DNA of 64,000 nt, from contig CAVYSY010000001.1 of the NCBI GenBank assembly GCA_963771175.1, forward strand, positions 32,001-96,000, given 5' to 3'. The DNA comes from an uncultured delta proteobacterium (GTDB lineage: Bacteria; Myxococcota; Myxococcia; Myxococcales; Myxococcaceae). The position numbers and the translations under genes are program-made. The notes under the pieces were generated by a model. It saw only the letters and a list, made by a program, of their open reading frames with translations, had not been told where the DNA came from and did no database searches. Positions 17,979 through 29,980 of this stretch are shown in pieces. Position 1 is the first letter of the stretch. Every line of letters starts with the position of its first letter.

Positions 17979-19569
17979 TCAAGGCAGGCTGTAGAGCACC
18001 CCATATGGCGGAGAGATGCTGCTGTCCGCGGGGAGTGACGGCGGGGGCAGACCGCCAACGGTGTCGAGCCAGCCCATCGCACCTTGATCCTCATGCTCGA
18101 GGATGTGGCAGTGCATGATGGTGCGCCCCTCGTAGACGGTGCTCGTGGCGGCGTTCAGATCGAAGCGCACCGAGCAAGCCGACGTCAGCGTGTCGTAGTA
18201 CTCGCCGTTCTCGAAGGAGCCCGAACAGTTCTGCGCCTGGAAGTGGTAGACGTGCAGGTGGAAGGGGTGCTGCGTATTGCCCGAGACGCTCCACTCCTGC
18301 ACCTTGTCGGCGGGCAGCGTGAAGGTCGGGACGTCGTGGTCGAACGCCGTGCCGTTGAGAGTGCGCGCGCCCATGCGGACACTCGTCACGTTCAGTGCGG
18401 AGCTGGGCACACCGCGCAGATCGCGCAGGTAGGCAGGACGGAGCGCCGACCAGGTCGATGCCACTGCTGCCCTGGCTGTACGGGCCGACGGTCGTGTTGC
18501 CGGCCCCGTTCGACGTAGATGTTCGCGATGGTGGTGCCGTTGATGGTGAGGGTCGAGTCGTTGGTGCAGCGCACCGCGAGGTCGGCGCGCGAGGCGCCGG
18601 TGAGGCTGATCGAGCCGGTCGAGAGCACCTTGGGGGCGGTCGTGCGCCACACACCGTCGCGCGCGAGCAGCGCGACCTCGCAGTTGGAGCCGACCCCGAC
18701 GGTCTTCTCCGTCGCGGAGCGATCGGCGAGCAGGACGCGCCAGTGCTGCCACTCGTTCGCGGGAGCGCAGAAGGCGCCCTGCACCAGTCCGTTGACGGTC
18801 CAGGTCGGGCTCAAGCGTGCCGCTCATCAACGTGTCGCCGCCGGTGCCGGCCGCGCCGGGATCGAGATAGGCGATCACGAGCTGGCGCTCGGTCATGGCG
18901 GCGACGTTCGCGGGGATGCCGTCGTTGCCGTCGTCGATGAGCATCTGGCCGAAGGCGCCGCCGGAGACCTGGAGGATAGGTCGAGCCGTGGTGGTGCGCG
19001 TGGTACCAGTAGGTGCCGCCCATGTGGTCGGCCGGGATGTCGTAGACGAAGTCGCCGCCGAAGCCGCCCTCGAAGGAACGGCTCACGTCGTCGCTGGGAG
19101 ACTCGCCCGAGATGTGCAGCCCGTGGGTGTGCACGTTGCTGACGTTCGGGTCCTTGAACACGTTCATGGCCGAGCTGGCCGGCTGGTACGGCAACCTGTT
19201 GTGGAAGCGCAGCACGTACTTGTTGCCGGGCTGCATCTTGATGGTCGGACCCGGAATCGAGGGGGCGGTGCCGGCCTGCCGGTACGCGCGCGTGGTGAGC
19301 GTCTGGCCACCGATGAGGAACGACGCCGCGCCCATCTCCAGCGTGCCGCTGTAGTAGGCGGTCGGATTGGTGTCCGACGGGGCGTGGTAGGTCCACTGGA
19401 ACTGGGGCGGATCGGTGATCACGTTCGTCGCCGGGCACACGGTGAGTGACCCGGAGCCGCGGCTCGCCAGTCCCTGGCTCTCGTTGTTGCATCCGGTCAG
19501 GCAGAGCGTACCGAGAATCGCGATGGCGCTCGTACGAGCCGCCAGTTCAACCGATGGGCTTCGCTTCAT
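17979..19569 (-). CDS. Multicopper oxidase lipoprotein, several frameshifts
   Basis: Lipobox LTGC; Cu motifs NVHTHGLH, YWYHAHHHG, HPFHLH, HCHILEHED spread over ORFs 18811-19659, 18392-18814 and 17979-18944. Confidence 0.88.
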
Positions 19570-19625
19570 GTTCGTCTCTCTTTGTCTAGAGGCGGTTCGG
19601 TAGGGAAGGAGTTGCCGCGGATCTT

Positions 19626-20153
19626 CTACCAGCAGGGTCCTGGCGTGCCGCTCGGGCATGTGGTCGTCGCGTCTGTCCTCGCTCCGTCCAGGAGCGCGTC
19701 TTTCAGCACGGCGTTCGTCAGCCTGGTGCCTTCGAGGTTGGCGCCGGTCAGGTTGGCGCCGGTCAGGTCGACACTCGTCAAGTTCGCGCCGGCCAGGTCC
19801 GCGCCCGCGAGGCTTGCATGGCTCAGCACCGCCTTGAACAGGTCGGCACCCACGAGGTTGGCACCCGTCAAGTCAGCGTTGCTCAGGTTCGAGCGGCGCA
19901 TGCTCGTGCCGTCCAGGTTCGCACTGACCAGCCGGCATTCTCGAAGGTCGGGGTTCAACTCGAGCCAGTTGCCGGCATCGCACGGCTCGGTCGCAACGTC
20001 TCGCACCCCGGTGTCGTGACCATCATGCTGCCCGGCGTCATCGACAGGGTCGTGCTCATGTGTCGGGTCCCCGAGCTCGCCGGCGGAACCACAGGCCCCC
20101 AGCGCAAGTGCCAGCACGACGACGTACGGATGCACGGGTCTTTTTACGATCAC
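19626..20153 (-). CDS. Pentapeptide-repeat lipoprotein
   Basis: Lipobox LGAC; A(N/D)LxG repeats; ends TTCPSG. Confidence 0.88.
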   Translation of the reverse strand: MIVKRPVHPYVVVLALALGACGSAGELGDPTHEHDPVDDAGQHDGHDTGVRDVATEPCDAGNWLELNPDLRECRLVSANLDGTSMRRSNLSNADLTGANLVGADLFKAVLSHASLAGADLAGANLTSVDLTGANLTGANLEGTRLTNAVLKDALLDGARTDATTTCPSGTPGPCW

Positions 20154-20178
20154 TTAAAAATTGTATTAGAAGTAGACC

Positions 20179-20860
20179 GTGAATAGCAAGGAAGTGCTGG
20201 CTGGTGCCTTCCCGGACACCGTGGCTGTCGCGACGGCAGCGCGCCAGCGCCACGGGCTCAAGCGCGGCCACACCGCTTCGACGTGGTTGCCCGACATCCT
20301 CGCGCGTGCGCCGGTCAAGGTGAGGGCAGGGGACATCCTCTACGCACAGCGGAAGACCGGCGAGGTGTGGCTGGAGGGATCGGGTCAGTTTCCCGTGGTC
20401 ATCCACGACGGTGAGAAGTTCCTGGGACTGGAGCCCTCGCCGGCCCTCGATGTGGCGCGGGCCTCGGAGCACGTCACCCTCTGGCTCAAGCGTGGCGATC
20501 TGTTCCTGGAGATCGAGCGCTTCGAGGCCATCGTGCAGGTGCACGCGGGCTACAACAACGGAAGCAAGACGACGCTTCGCTTCGCCTTCGACAGCACGGA
20601 TGCGACCGCGCGGGCGGTGCGGCGACTGGAGGCCCGCTACACGGGGGACTTCCTCCGCGTCACGACTGAGCTTCCTGGCCGGGGCCCCTGGAGCGAGAGC
20701 TTTCCAAGTACGCCAACGGGACGTCCGAGTACACGTCGGCCATCATCAAGGGGGCGACGCTCGTGACGAGGGATGGCGCGAGCAAGACCTTCGACGACGA
20801 GGCCTCCGCGCTGCTGGCGCTCGAAGATTGGCTCGCCGGGAGGACTCGCCTGGCGACTGC
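20179..20860 (+). CDS. Hypothetical protein or gene remnant, probable frameshift near 20700
   Basis: GC3-rich ORF; after about 20700 the coding-like signal continues in another frame (YANGTSEYTSAIIKGATLVTRDG). Confidence 0.4.
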
Positions 20861-20936
20861 CTCCCACCGGACGCAAGTGGCAGGCCCGTGGCACCTGTGC
20901 GAACCTCCGCCGGCAGCACCTGCCCACGAGCGCACC

Positions 20937-21989
20937 ATGGCCTCGGAAGACAACCTCCAGCAACGGCTCGAGAAGCTCGGCCGCACCATCCTCCAGGAAG
21001 TGGAGGAGTGGGAGCAGACGACGCGCGGCAGCCGCCGCAAGGCGATGGAGCAGTTCTCGCGGACGGTGGAGCGGAAAATCGAGCAGGCGCTCGACAAGGA
21101 GAAGCGCAAGGAGGAACGGCGCGAGCGCCAGCGCCGGCAGCGTGAGGAGCACCGCGAGCGCCAGCGGCAGCAGGCGTCCATTCCCGGGGGCCTCTTCTTC
21201 CTGATGATGGCCCTGGTGTGCCTGGGCTTCGCCGTCTCCCGGCCCGAGCTGTGGTGGATGGTCTTCGTCGCGCTCGGCCTGGGGAGCGCCGGGGCGCGGC
21301 AACTCCACCTCGCGAGCGAGCGGCGGAGGCTGGAGCGGAGCCCCCGGGAGGAGCCAGCGGAGCTCGTGGCGCGGACGAAGCCGGAGGCGGCGGCGGCCCC
21401 CGAGCAGGCCGCGAGCCCCCATGAGGTGGACGTGCTATGCGACCAGCTCCTGGCCGACCTGGCGCGCAGCCCGGAGGCCGTGCGCGGCTTCCTCGATGAG
21501 CCGGAGAAGACAGTCGAGTCCCTGAGGCAGACGTGCCGTGCGCTCGACGAGCGGCGGCGACAGCTCGTCGCCGAGAGCCCTCCCGAGCGGTTGGAGTCTC
21601 TGCGGGCCCAGCGCACCGAGCTGCTCCGCAAGCACGCGGCCACCACCGACGCGGAGACGCGGCGCAGGCTGGATGACGCCGTGCACTCGTTGGAGGGCCA
21701 GCTCTCGGCACTGCAGCGGCTCCAGCAGCGCGCCGAGCGCGTGGATGGCGAGTACACCTCGCTGTTCGTGCTGCTGCAGGAGCTGCGCACACGTGTCTCG
21801 CTGGCCAGGAGCGCGGGCACCACCACGCAGATTGAAGGGCTGCGGCAGAGCGTGCACCGGCTCAACACCGAGCTGGATGCCATCACCGAGGCGCTCGACA
21901 CCGTGCAGCGAGAGGGGCTTCCACCCATCGCCGATATCATCGGCGAGGACACGGGCGGCCGCCCCGGGCGCGACCGCGAGCGCTCCTGA
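20937..21989 (+). CDS. Hypothetical two-TM coiled-coil protein
   Basis: Charged N-terminal helix, TM hairpin, long C-terminal coiled coil. Confidence 0.75.
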   Translation: MASEDNLQQRLEKLGRTILQEVEEWEQTTRGSRRKAMEQFSRTVERKIEQALDKEKRKEERRERQRRQREEHRERQRQQASIPGGLFFLMMALVCLGFAVSRPELWWMVFVALGLGSAGARQLHLASERRRLERSPREEPAELVARTKPEAAAAPEQAASPHEVDVLCDQLLADLARSPEAVRGFLDEPEKTVESLRQTCRALDERRRQLVAESPPERLESLRAQRTELLRKHAATTDAETRRRLDDAVHSLEGQLSALQRLQQRAERVDGEYTSLFVLLQELRTRVSLARSAGTTTQIEGLRQSVHRLNTELDAITEALDTVQREGLPPIADIIGEDTGGRPGRDRERS

Positions 21990-22139
21990 CGGTTCGATTC
22001 CCCCGACGACGAGGAGCTGCTCCTGCGCCAGCTCTTCCCGCGCAACACCTCGGCCGCGAAGCTCCGGACCGTGCCGCTCACCGGCGGGGTGAGTCTCCGG
22101 CGTGGAGACATTCTGGAGACGCGCCGGAGCCCAAAAACA

Positions 22140-22188
22140 CCGAGGCCGGAAACCCCTGATTGCTCAGCGGCTTCCGGCCTCGGCTTTT
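22140..22188. terminator. Bidirectional intrinsic terminator-like hairpin
   Basis: ccgaggccggaa...ttccggcctcgg with T-runs on both strands, directly downstream of the tRNAs. Confidence 0.7.
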
Positions 22189-22189
22189 G

Positions 22190-22262
22190 TGTCCCCGACG
22201 GGATTCGAACCCGTGTTACCGGCTTGAAAGGCCAGCGTCCTGGGCCTCTAGACGACGGGGAC
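22190..22262 (-). tRNA. tRNA-Glu(TTC)
   Basis: GTCCCCG/CGGGGAC acceptor stem, anticodon loop CTTTCAA, GGTTCGAATCC T-arm; CCA not encoded. Confidence 0.96.
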
Positions 22263-22267
22263 CTCTG

Positions 22268-22340
<73 letters not shown>

Positions 22341-22526
22341 GCACTATTCTTTTTTGGTGGCCGGCCGGTTTTCGCAACTCCCCGGCGTCCGGGCGCTCTC
22401 TACCAGCACTTCTTTCCGACTTCTACTGGCGATCGCACCCCCCTGTTCCTGACGGCCACCGGACAACGGCCCGCCCCCACGCCTCCTTCCTTCCGCCACC
22501 CGGTGGAGGCGCTTATACAGGGGTCC

Positions 22527-23096
22527 ATGGGTCGAGACGTCCGGAATTCCGAGGAAGCCCCCCAGGAGAACGACGAGCTGGAGCTGGAGGGTGGGGAAGA
22601 GGAGGAGGAGAAGGGCCCCTCTGGCCACCGTCGCTACCTCACCCGAACGGGGGCCGAGCGCATGCACAAGGAACTGCTGCGCCTGCTCAACGAGGAGCGT
22701 CCCAAGGTCACCGCCGAGGTGTCCGCCGCCGCCGCTCAGGGCGACCGCTCGGAGAACGCCGAGTACATCTACGGCAAGAAGCGCCTGCGGGAGATCGACC
22801 GGCGCATCCGCTTCCTCCAGAAGCGCCTGGACACCGCCACCATCGTCGCGCCCTCCGAGCAGACCGACACCTCGCATGTCTACTTCGGCGCCACCGTCAC
22901 TCTCGAGGACGAGGATGGGGCACGGATGACCTACCAGATCGTCGGCTCGGACGAGATCGACACCGCGGGGGGCCGCATCAGCGTGGAGTCGCCCATCGCG
23001 CGCGCCCTGCTGCGCAAGAAGGTGGGGGACTCCGTCGAGGTGGTGCGCCCTCGCGGCGAGATCGAGTACACGATCGTCCAGATTCGTTACGTGTAG
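22527..23096 (+). CDS. greB: Transcription elongation factor GreB
   Basis: AAAQGDRSENAEYIYGKKRLREIDRRIRFL, VYFGATV, ISVESPIARAL. Confidence 0.93.
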   Translation: MGRDVRNSEEAPQENDELELEGGEEEEEKGPSGHRRYLTRTGAERMHKELLRLLNEERPKVTAEVSAAAAQGDRSENAEYIYGKKRLREIDRRIRFLQKRLDTATIVAPSEQTDTSHVYFGATVTLEDEDGARMTYQIVGSDEIDTAGGRISVESPIARALLRKKVGDSVEVVRPRGEIEYTIVQIRYV

Positions 23097-23271
23097 CCGG
23101 AGATGGGCCCTCCGGAGGTCCGCCCCCTTGCCACCCTGGAGTGTCGCTCGGGCGACATTTGGGCGTTAGAGAGTGAGCCCGGGGCCAGGAGGCGTTCGGG
23201 ACTCCGCTTGTTAGCGCGTGCGTCAACATCCCAATCAGGCCGGGGAGGCTGCCTACGTGGGATGCCCGTCC

Positions 23272-23277
23272 TATAAT
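23272..23277 (+). promoter_or_regulatory. Candidate sigma70 -10 box for the PIN-PhoH gene
   Basis: Perfect TATAAT in a GC-rich context, about 100 bp upstream of ATG 23376; the -35 match is weak. Confidence 0.45.
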
Positions 23278-23375
23278 GGGGTTGGCAGTCAGACGCAGTA
23301 GCGGTCCGTCAGTCGGAGTCCCGTCGCACGGTCGGTTCCAGCGGTCGCACCCATTCCGAGGTGGCGCTCCACACG

Positions 23376-24700
23376 ATGCGAAAGAACTTCATCCTCGACA
23401 CCAACGTCCTGCTCCACGACCCGCGCTCGATCTACGGCTTCAAAGAGCACAACGTCATCATCCCCATCTACGTCATCGAGGAGATCGATCAGTTCAAGCG
23501 CGATCTCTCCGAGCTGGGACGCAACGCGCGCCTGGTGGCGCGCTACCTGGACTCGTTCCGGGAGGAAGGATCCCTGAAGGACGGCGTGAAGCTGCCCCAT
23601 GGCGGCCTGCTGCGCGTGTGCTTCACCGAGAGGGACCTGCCGCTCGTCCATGGCGGACAGCAACCTGATGGACAACCGCATCCTCGCGGTGGCCATCGAC
23701 CTGATGGAGCGCGAGCCCCAGTCCCCGGCCGTCTTCATCACCAAGGACACCAACCTCCGCATCCGCGCGGACGCGCTGGGGCTGATCGCCGAGGACTACG
23801 ACGCCGAGCGGGTGGAGATCACCGAGCTCTACACGGGCTTCACCGAGCGCCTGGTCCCTCGCGAGCTGGTCGACCAGATGTACAAGCCCACCGCCGAGGT
23901 GGAGCTCTCCGGGCAGGACAAGCTCTCGCCGCACCAGTTCATCCTGCTCAAGGACGAGACCAACCCCTCGCACACCGCCATGGGCCGCTTCAACGCCACC
24001 CGGGGCCGGGTGGTGCCGCTGCTGCGCGGCATGAAGAGCGAGGGGGTGTGGGGGGTCCGCCCGCGCAACATGGAGCAGAGCTTCGCCCTGGACCTGCTGA
24101 TGAATGACGAGATCAAGCTCGTCACCATCGTGGGCAAGGCGGGCACGGGCAAGACGCTGCTCGCCATCGCCGCGGGGCTCCACAAGGTGACCGAGGAGGG
24201 CACCTACCAGAAGCTGCTCGTCAGCCGGCCCGTGTTCCCGCTCGGCCGGGACATCGGCTACCTGCCGGGCACCCTGGAAGAGAAGATGAACCCCTGGATG
24301 CAGCCCATCTTCGACAACGTGGAGTTCCTGATGAACCTCAGCCGCGCCGACAAGAAGGCCGGCCGGGGCTACCACGAGCTCATCGACCTGGGGCTGATGG
24401 AGATCGAGGCGCTCACCTACATCCGCGGGCGCAGCATCCCCAACCAGTACATCATCATCGACGAGGCCCAGAACCTCACGCCCCACGAGGTGAAGACGAT
24501 CATCACCCGCGTGGGCGACAACACGAAAATCATTCTCACCGGGCGACCCGTTCCAGATCGACAACCCGTACGTGGACGCGACCAACAACGGACTCGTCCA
24601 CGTGGTCAACCGGTTCAAGAACGAGAAGATCGCGGGCCACATCACCATGGCCAAGGGCGAGCGCAGCGCCCTGGCCGAGCTCGCGGCCAACCTGCTCTAG
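23376..24700 (+). CDS. PIN-PhoH (PhoH2/YlaK-like) protein; frameshifts near 23640 and 24543
   Basis: FILDTNVLLHDP, TKDTNLRI, GKAGTGKT, DIGYLPG, IRGRS, IIDEAQN, RSALAELAANLL. Confidence 0.92.
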
Positions 24701-24727
24701 GCCCCTGCGCCGCCCGAGGAAGCAGTC

Positions 24728-25045
24728 ATGAGTGGAGACGGTAAGGGAGAAGTTCTCACCACCAGCACCGGCGACGGCCAGGAGAACAAGCCGCTCATCG
24801 AGTATCCCACCGTCTACACCTTCAAGGTCATGGGTCGGCAGGAGGCGGACTTCCTGGAGTACGTCCGGGAGTTGTTCCGGGCGCTCATGGGGACGGAGAT
24901 TTCCTCGGATTCCATCCGGGAGCAGCCCAGCAGCAAGGGCACCTACGTCTCCGTGAGCGTATCGGTGTACCTGCTGTCCGAGGAGCACCGCCGCTCCATC
25001 TATACCCGGCTCCGCCAGGAGCAGCGGGTCGTCTACTACCTCTGA
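24728..25045 (+). CDS. DUF493 (YbeD-like) protein
   Basis: LIEYP..YTFKVMG, PSSKGTYVSVSV. Confidence 0.85.
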   Translation: MSGDGKGEVLTTSTGDGQENKPLIEYPTVYTFKVMGRQEADFLEYVRELFRALMGTEISSDSIREQPSSKGTYVSVSVSVYLLSEEHRRSIYTRLRQEQRVVYYL

Positions 25046-25127
25046 GGATGGCCCCCCTCCGGATGGCCCCTCGGTGCGTCAGGGGGAAGTGGCGATCCCC
25101 GGGGGGGCAGTGTAGAAGAGGCTACCC

Positions 25128-25886
25128 ATGAGTCTGGCCGAGCCCTTCCCGCTCTACTTCCCTGGTGATGCTCGGCGTCCCTTCTGCTCCGATGCTGCCA
25201 TCCGGCGCTTCGCGAAGGTGGCGCAACTGGAGGAGGGCGGGCGTGTGCTGGAGCTCGGCTGCGGGCCCGCTGGCTCGGCGAGCGTGCTGCTGGCCCAGGA
25301 GTTCGGCTGCTCGGTGGTGGCAGCGGACTCGGACGAGGCGCTGGTCTCCCGCATGCGCGAGCGCATCTACTCGCTCGCGCTGGATGGGCGCGTCGAGGTG
25401 CGGCGCGTGGACTTCAACAAGCCCGGCTTTCGCGAGGGCCAGTTCGACGCCATCCTCTGCTCGGGCCGGGTGCTGATGGGGCTCTCCGACGCGCTGGGCA
25501 CGCTGCGGCCCCTGCTGGCCCGCAATGGTCGCGTGGGCCTCACCTTCCCGGTGCGGGTGGGCCGGGTGACGCCTCGTGCGGTGCTCGAGTTCTGGGAGCG
25601 TCGCCTGGGGGCTCCGTTGATGCTCCCCCGCGAGCTGCTCCAACAGGTGGCGCAGTCCGGCTTCGAGCCGGAGTCCGTCGAGTCCCTCCAGGACGCGGAG
25701 CTGGACACCTTCTACCGGGAGCTCGAGCCCCACCTCGCCAAGGCCCCGCCCGAGCAGGGGAGCTGGCTGCGCGAGGAGATGGCCCTGCACCGGGAGAACG
25801 GCAAGGCCACCGCGAGCTACGCGTTCCTCGTGGGTCGCCGCAAGGAGTCCGGGGAGCGGCCTCCGGCCACTCGCGACCGCGGGTAG
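25128..25886 (+). CDS. Class I SAM-dependent methyltransferase
   Basis: RVLELGCG, VVAAD, QFDAILC. Confidence 0.85.
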   Translation: MSLAEPFPLYFPGDARRPFCSDAAIRRFAKVAQLEEGGRVLELGCGPAGSASVLLAQEFGCSVVAADSDEALVSRMRERIYSLALDGRVEVRRVDFNKPGFREGQFDAILCSGRVLMGLSDALGTLRPLLARNGRVGLTFPVRVGRVTPRAVLEFWERRLGAPLMLPRELLQQVAQSGFEPESVESLQDAELDTFYRELEPHLAKAPPEQGSWLREEMALHRENGKATASYAFLVGRRKESGERPPATRDRG

Positions 25887-25916
25887 TTCGCCAGCACGGC
25901 GGCCCGTGGCGGAGCG

Positions 25917-25950
25917 CCTCGCCTCGGCCCTCTCCCAGCGAGAGAGAGGG
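25917..25950. repeat. REP-like hairpin between convergent genes
   Basis: cctcgcctcggCCCTCTCccagcgagaGAGAGGG; a looser ccctctccccgc copy lies near 57496. Confidence 0.4.
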
Positions 25951-25977
25951 CCTGGGGGCGCCCGCGGGGGAGGGCAC

Positions 25978-27069
25978 TCAGTGCATCGCGCCGTGGAAGT
26001 CCAGCAACTCCACCGTCTCGGGGGCCACGCTCAGCTTCACTTCCTCGCGGTAGCCCGCCGCGTCCCCGCCAATCTGGAAGGGCATCGCCCTGGCGAAGCG
26101 GATGTGGATCTCCTGCGCGTAGAAGTCCTGGATGCCCTCGGGGAACCAGCGGCCCGCCCACAGCTTCGGCAGGTTCGCCAGGATGTTCGGCACGGGGAGC
26201 TGGCCCAGGCGGAGCTGCATCATCCCCCGGCGCGCCCCCGCGAAGGGGAACATCCGGAAGCCGTACCCGTAGAAGGGCATCGTCGCCGCTGCCGCCATCA
26301 TCAGCCGGCCCTTGAAGATCGTCTGTCCCGGAGCGATGGGCGTGCCCATCGGGTTGCCATCCGGCCCCACCCGGTACGCATCACCGGCCCGGCCGTTGGT
26401 GATCTCGCAGTCCACCCACGTCGAGTTCGTCAGGTAGTGCGGCATCGTCTTGAAGGCCACCGCCGAGAAGTAGCCGCCCGGGCCCGACATCAGCGTCTTG
26501 AGCATCCCCTTGCCCAGGTTGCTCTTCACCCAGATGTAGTCGTTGAGCAGCTTCCCATCCACGCCCAGGCCCGCGAAGGGCGCGCGCTGGCCGTCCACCT
26601 GCAGCAGATCCATCCGCCGGTAGCCCGGCACCTCGCCGGCGCGGGCGCGCACCACGTCCTGGAGGATGCCATCCTTCCCCGTGCCGGCGTTCACGTACGT
26701 GGCCAGGCCGTTACCCGTGCCCAGCTTCAGCACGCCGAAGCGCGGCGCCCGCTTGCCAGCGAAGCGGCCTCGCGGCTCGAGCTGGCGGAACACCTCGTTC
26801 ACGAAGCACTGGAAGGTGCCGTCGCCGCCCCCGGTGAACACCATCGGGTAGTTGCGCTCCAGCACCGTCTGGACGATGCGCCGGCAGTCCAGCTCCGAGC
26901 GCGACAGGAAGAGGTCCTGCTCCGGCACCACGTGCGAGAGCGACTTCACCATCCGGGCATCCACCCGGCGCGCGTTGGCGTTCAAAAGTACCGCGACCTT
27001 GTGCTCGGGTGCGCCGGAGACGGACGGAACCTGTCGGGGATCCACGGACCGAAGCGGCTGTACCAGCAT
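25978..27069 (-). CDS. Diacylglycerol/lipid kinase family protein
   Basis: LLNANA, GGGDGT, LKLGTGNGLA, FAGLGVDG, FQIGGD. Confidence 0.88.
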   Translation of the reverse strand: MLVQPLRSVDPRQVPSVSGAPEHKVAVLLNANARRVDARMVKSLSHVVPEQDLFLSRSELDCRRIVQTVLERNYPMVFTGGGDGTFQCFVNEVFRQLEPRGRFAGKRAPRFGVLKLGTGNGLATYVNAGTGKDGILQDVVRARAGEVPGYRRMDLLQVDGQRAPFAGLGVDGKLLNDYIWVKSNLGKGMLKTLMSGPGGYFSAVAFKTMPHYLTNSTWVDCEITNGRAGDAYRVGPDGNPMGTPIAPGQTIFKGRLMMAAAATMPFYGYGFRMFPFAGARRGMMQLRLGQLPVPNILANLPKLWAGRWFPEGIQDFYAQEIHIRFARAMPFQIGGDAAGYREEVKLSVAPETVELLDFHGAMH

Positions 27070-27313
27070 AGAGGGCTGCCTCCAAGGGGGTAGGGGCATG
27101 TCGTTGCCGCGTGACGGCAACGTGCCTCCCGCCCAGTGCACATTCCCAGCCAAGGGCTGACGCGAGGCGTTATCCTGGCCCACTCCGAATAATTCCAGGG
27201 GGTTGGCGCGTTCGCTTTTGATCGCCCGTCCGGTTGGTTGCTACCGGACGGTGGCGGGGGTGGAGAGCGCGTTACGCACCCGTAGCAGCCCGGTGGCGCG
27301 TTCGTGACGCGGT

Positions 27314-29327
<2,014 letters not shown>

Positions 29328-29348
29328 CGGAGTGACAGGGTAGGACCC

Positions 29349-29393
29349 AAGGGCCGGCGCTTCCGCGAGGGAGTGTCCGGCCCTTCCTCTTTT
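29349..29393 (+). terminator. Intrinsic terminator after dnaK
   Basis: aagggccgg...ccggccctt followed by ctctttt. Confidence 0.7.
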
Positions 29394-29467
29394 CAGGACA
29401 CCCGGGGCCCGGCCGCATATGAAGGAGGTGTGGCCCGGATGAGCGGGCACACGGCGGAAGGAGACCC

Positions 29468-29875
29468 ATGAAGGCGCTGACAACGACGCCCCCGGGGCAT
29501 GACGTCATCCTGTACGACGGGCACTGCCGCCTGTGCCGAGGCGCCGCGAAGCAGTTCGAGCGGCTGCTGGGTGGCAGTGGAACCGAGCTGCGCTCGTTTC
29601 GGGACGAGGGGGTGCTGGCCGCGTTCCCCGGCATCTCACCTGATCGGTGCGAGAAGGGGATTCAGCTCGTCCAGCCGGACGGGCGGGTCTTCGAGGGCGC
29701 TGAGGCCGTAGTGCAGGCGCTGGGGCGCAGGCCGCTCGGAAAGCTGCTCTTCGTCTACTACGTACCGGGATTGCGGCAGGTGGCGGACTGGCTCTACGGC
29801 CTCATCGCCCGCTATCGCTTCCGCATCGCGGGGCGGACCTGCCCGGACGGGGCGTGTGCCGTGCACTTCAAGTAG
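29468..29875 (+). CDS. DCC-family thiol-disulfide oxidoreductase (DUF393)
   Basis: ILYDGHCRLC, Y..IAR.R. Confidence 0.88.
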   Translation: MKALTTTPPGHDVILYDGHCRLCRGAAKQFERLLGGSGTELRSFRDEGVLAAFPGISPDRCEKGIQLVQPDGRVFEGAEAVVQALGRRPLGKLLFVYYVPGLRQVADWLYGLIARYRFRIAGRTCPDGACAVHFK

Positions 29876-29980
29876 ACGGCGGGAAATCGGTCCGTTCGTG
29901 GGCATGGGCGGTGCCAGCCCTTCAAATAGAGCGGTGGTGGGGGCTACGATGGGTCCTCCTGTCCCAGCCTGTGACCGCCC

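Noticed and set aside
21991..22005. GGTTCGATTCCC as a tRNA T-arm or att remnant
   Set aside because: It is on the opposite strand to the tRNAs, forms no cloverleaf and does not match their 3' ends.
23100..23375. Small antitoxin gene upstream of PIN-PhoH
   Set aside because: No convincing ORF with an RBS and host-like codon bias.
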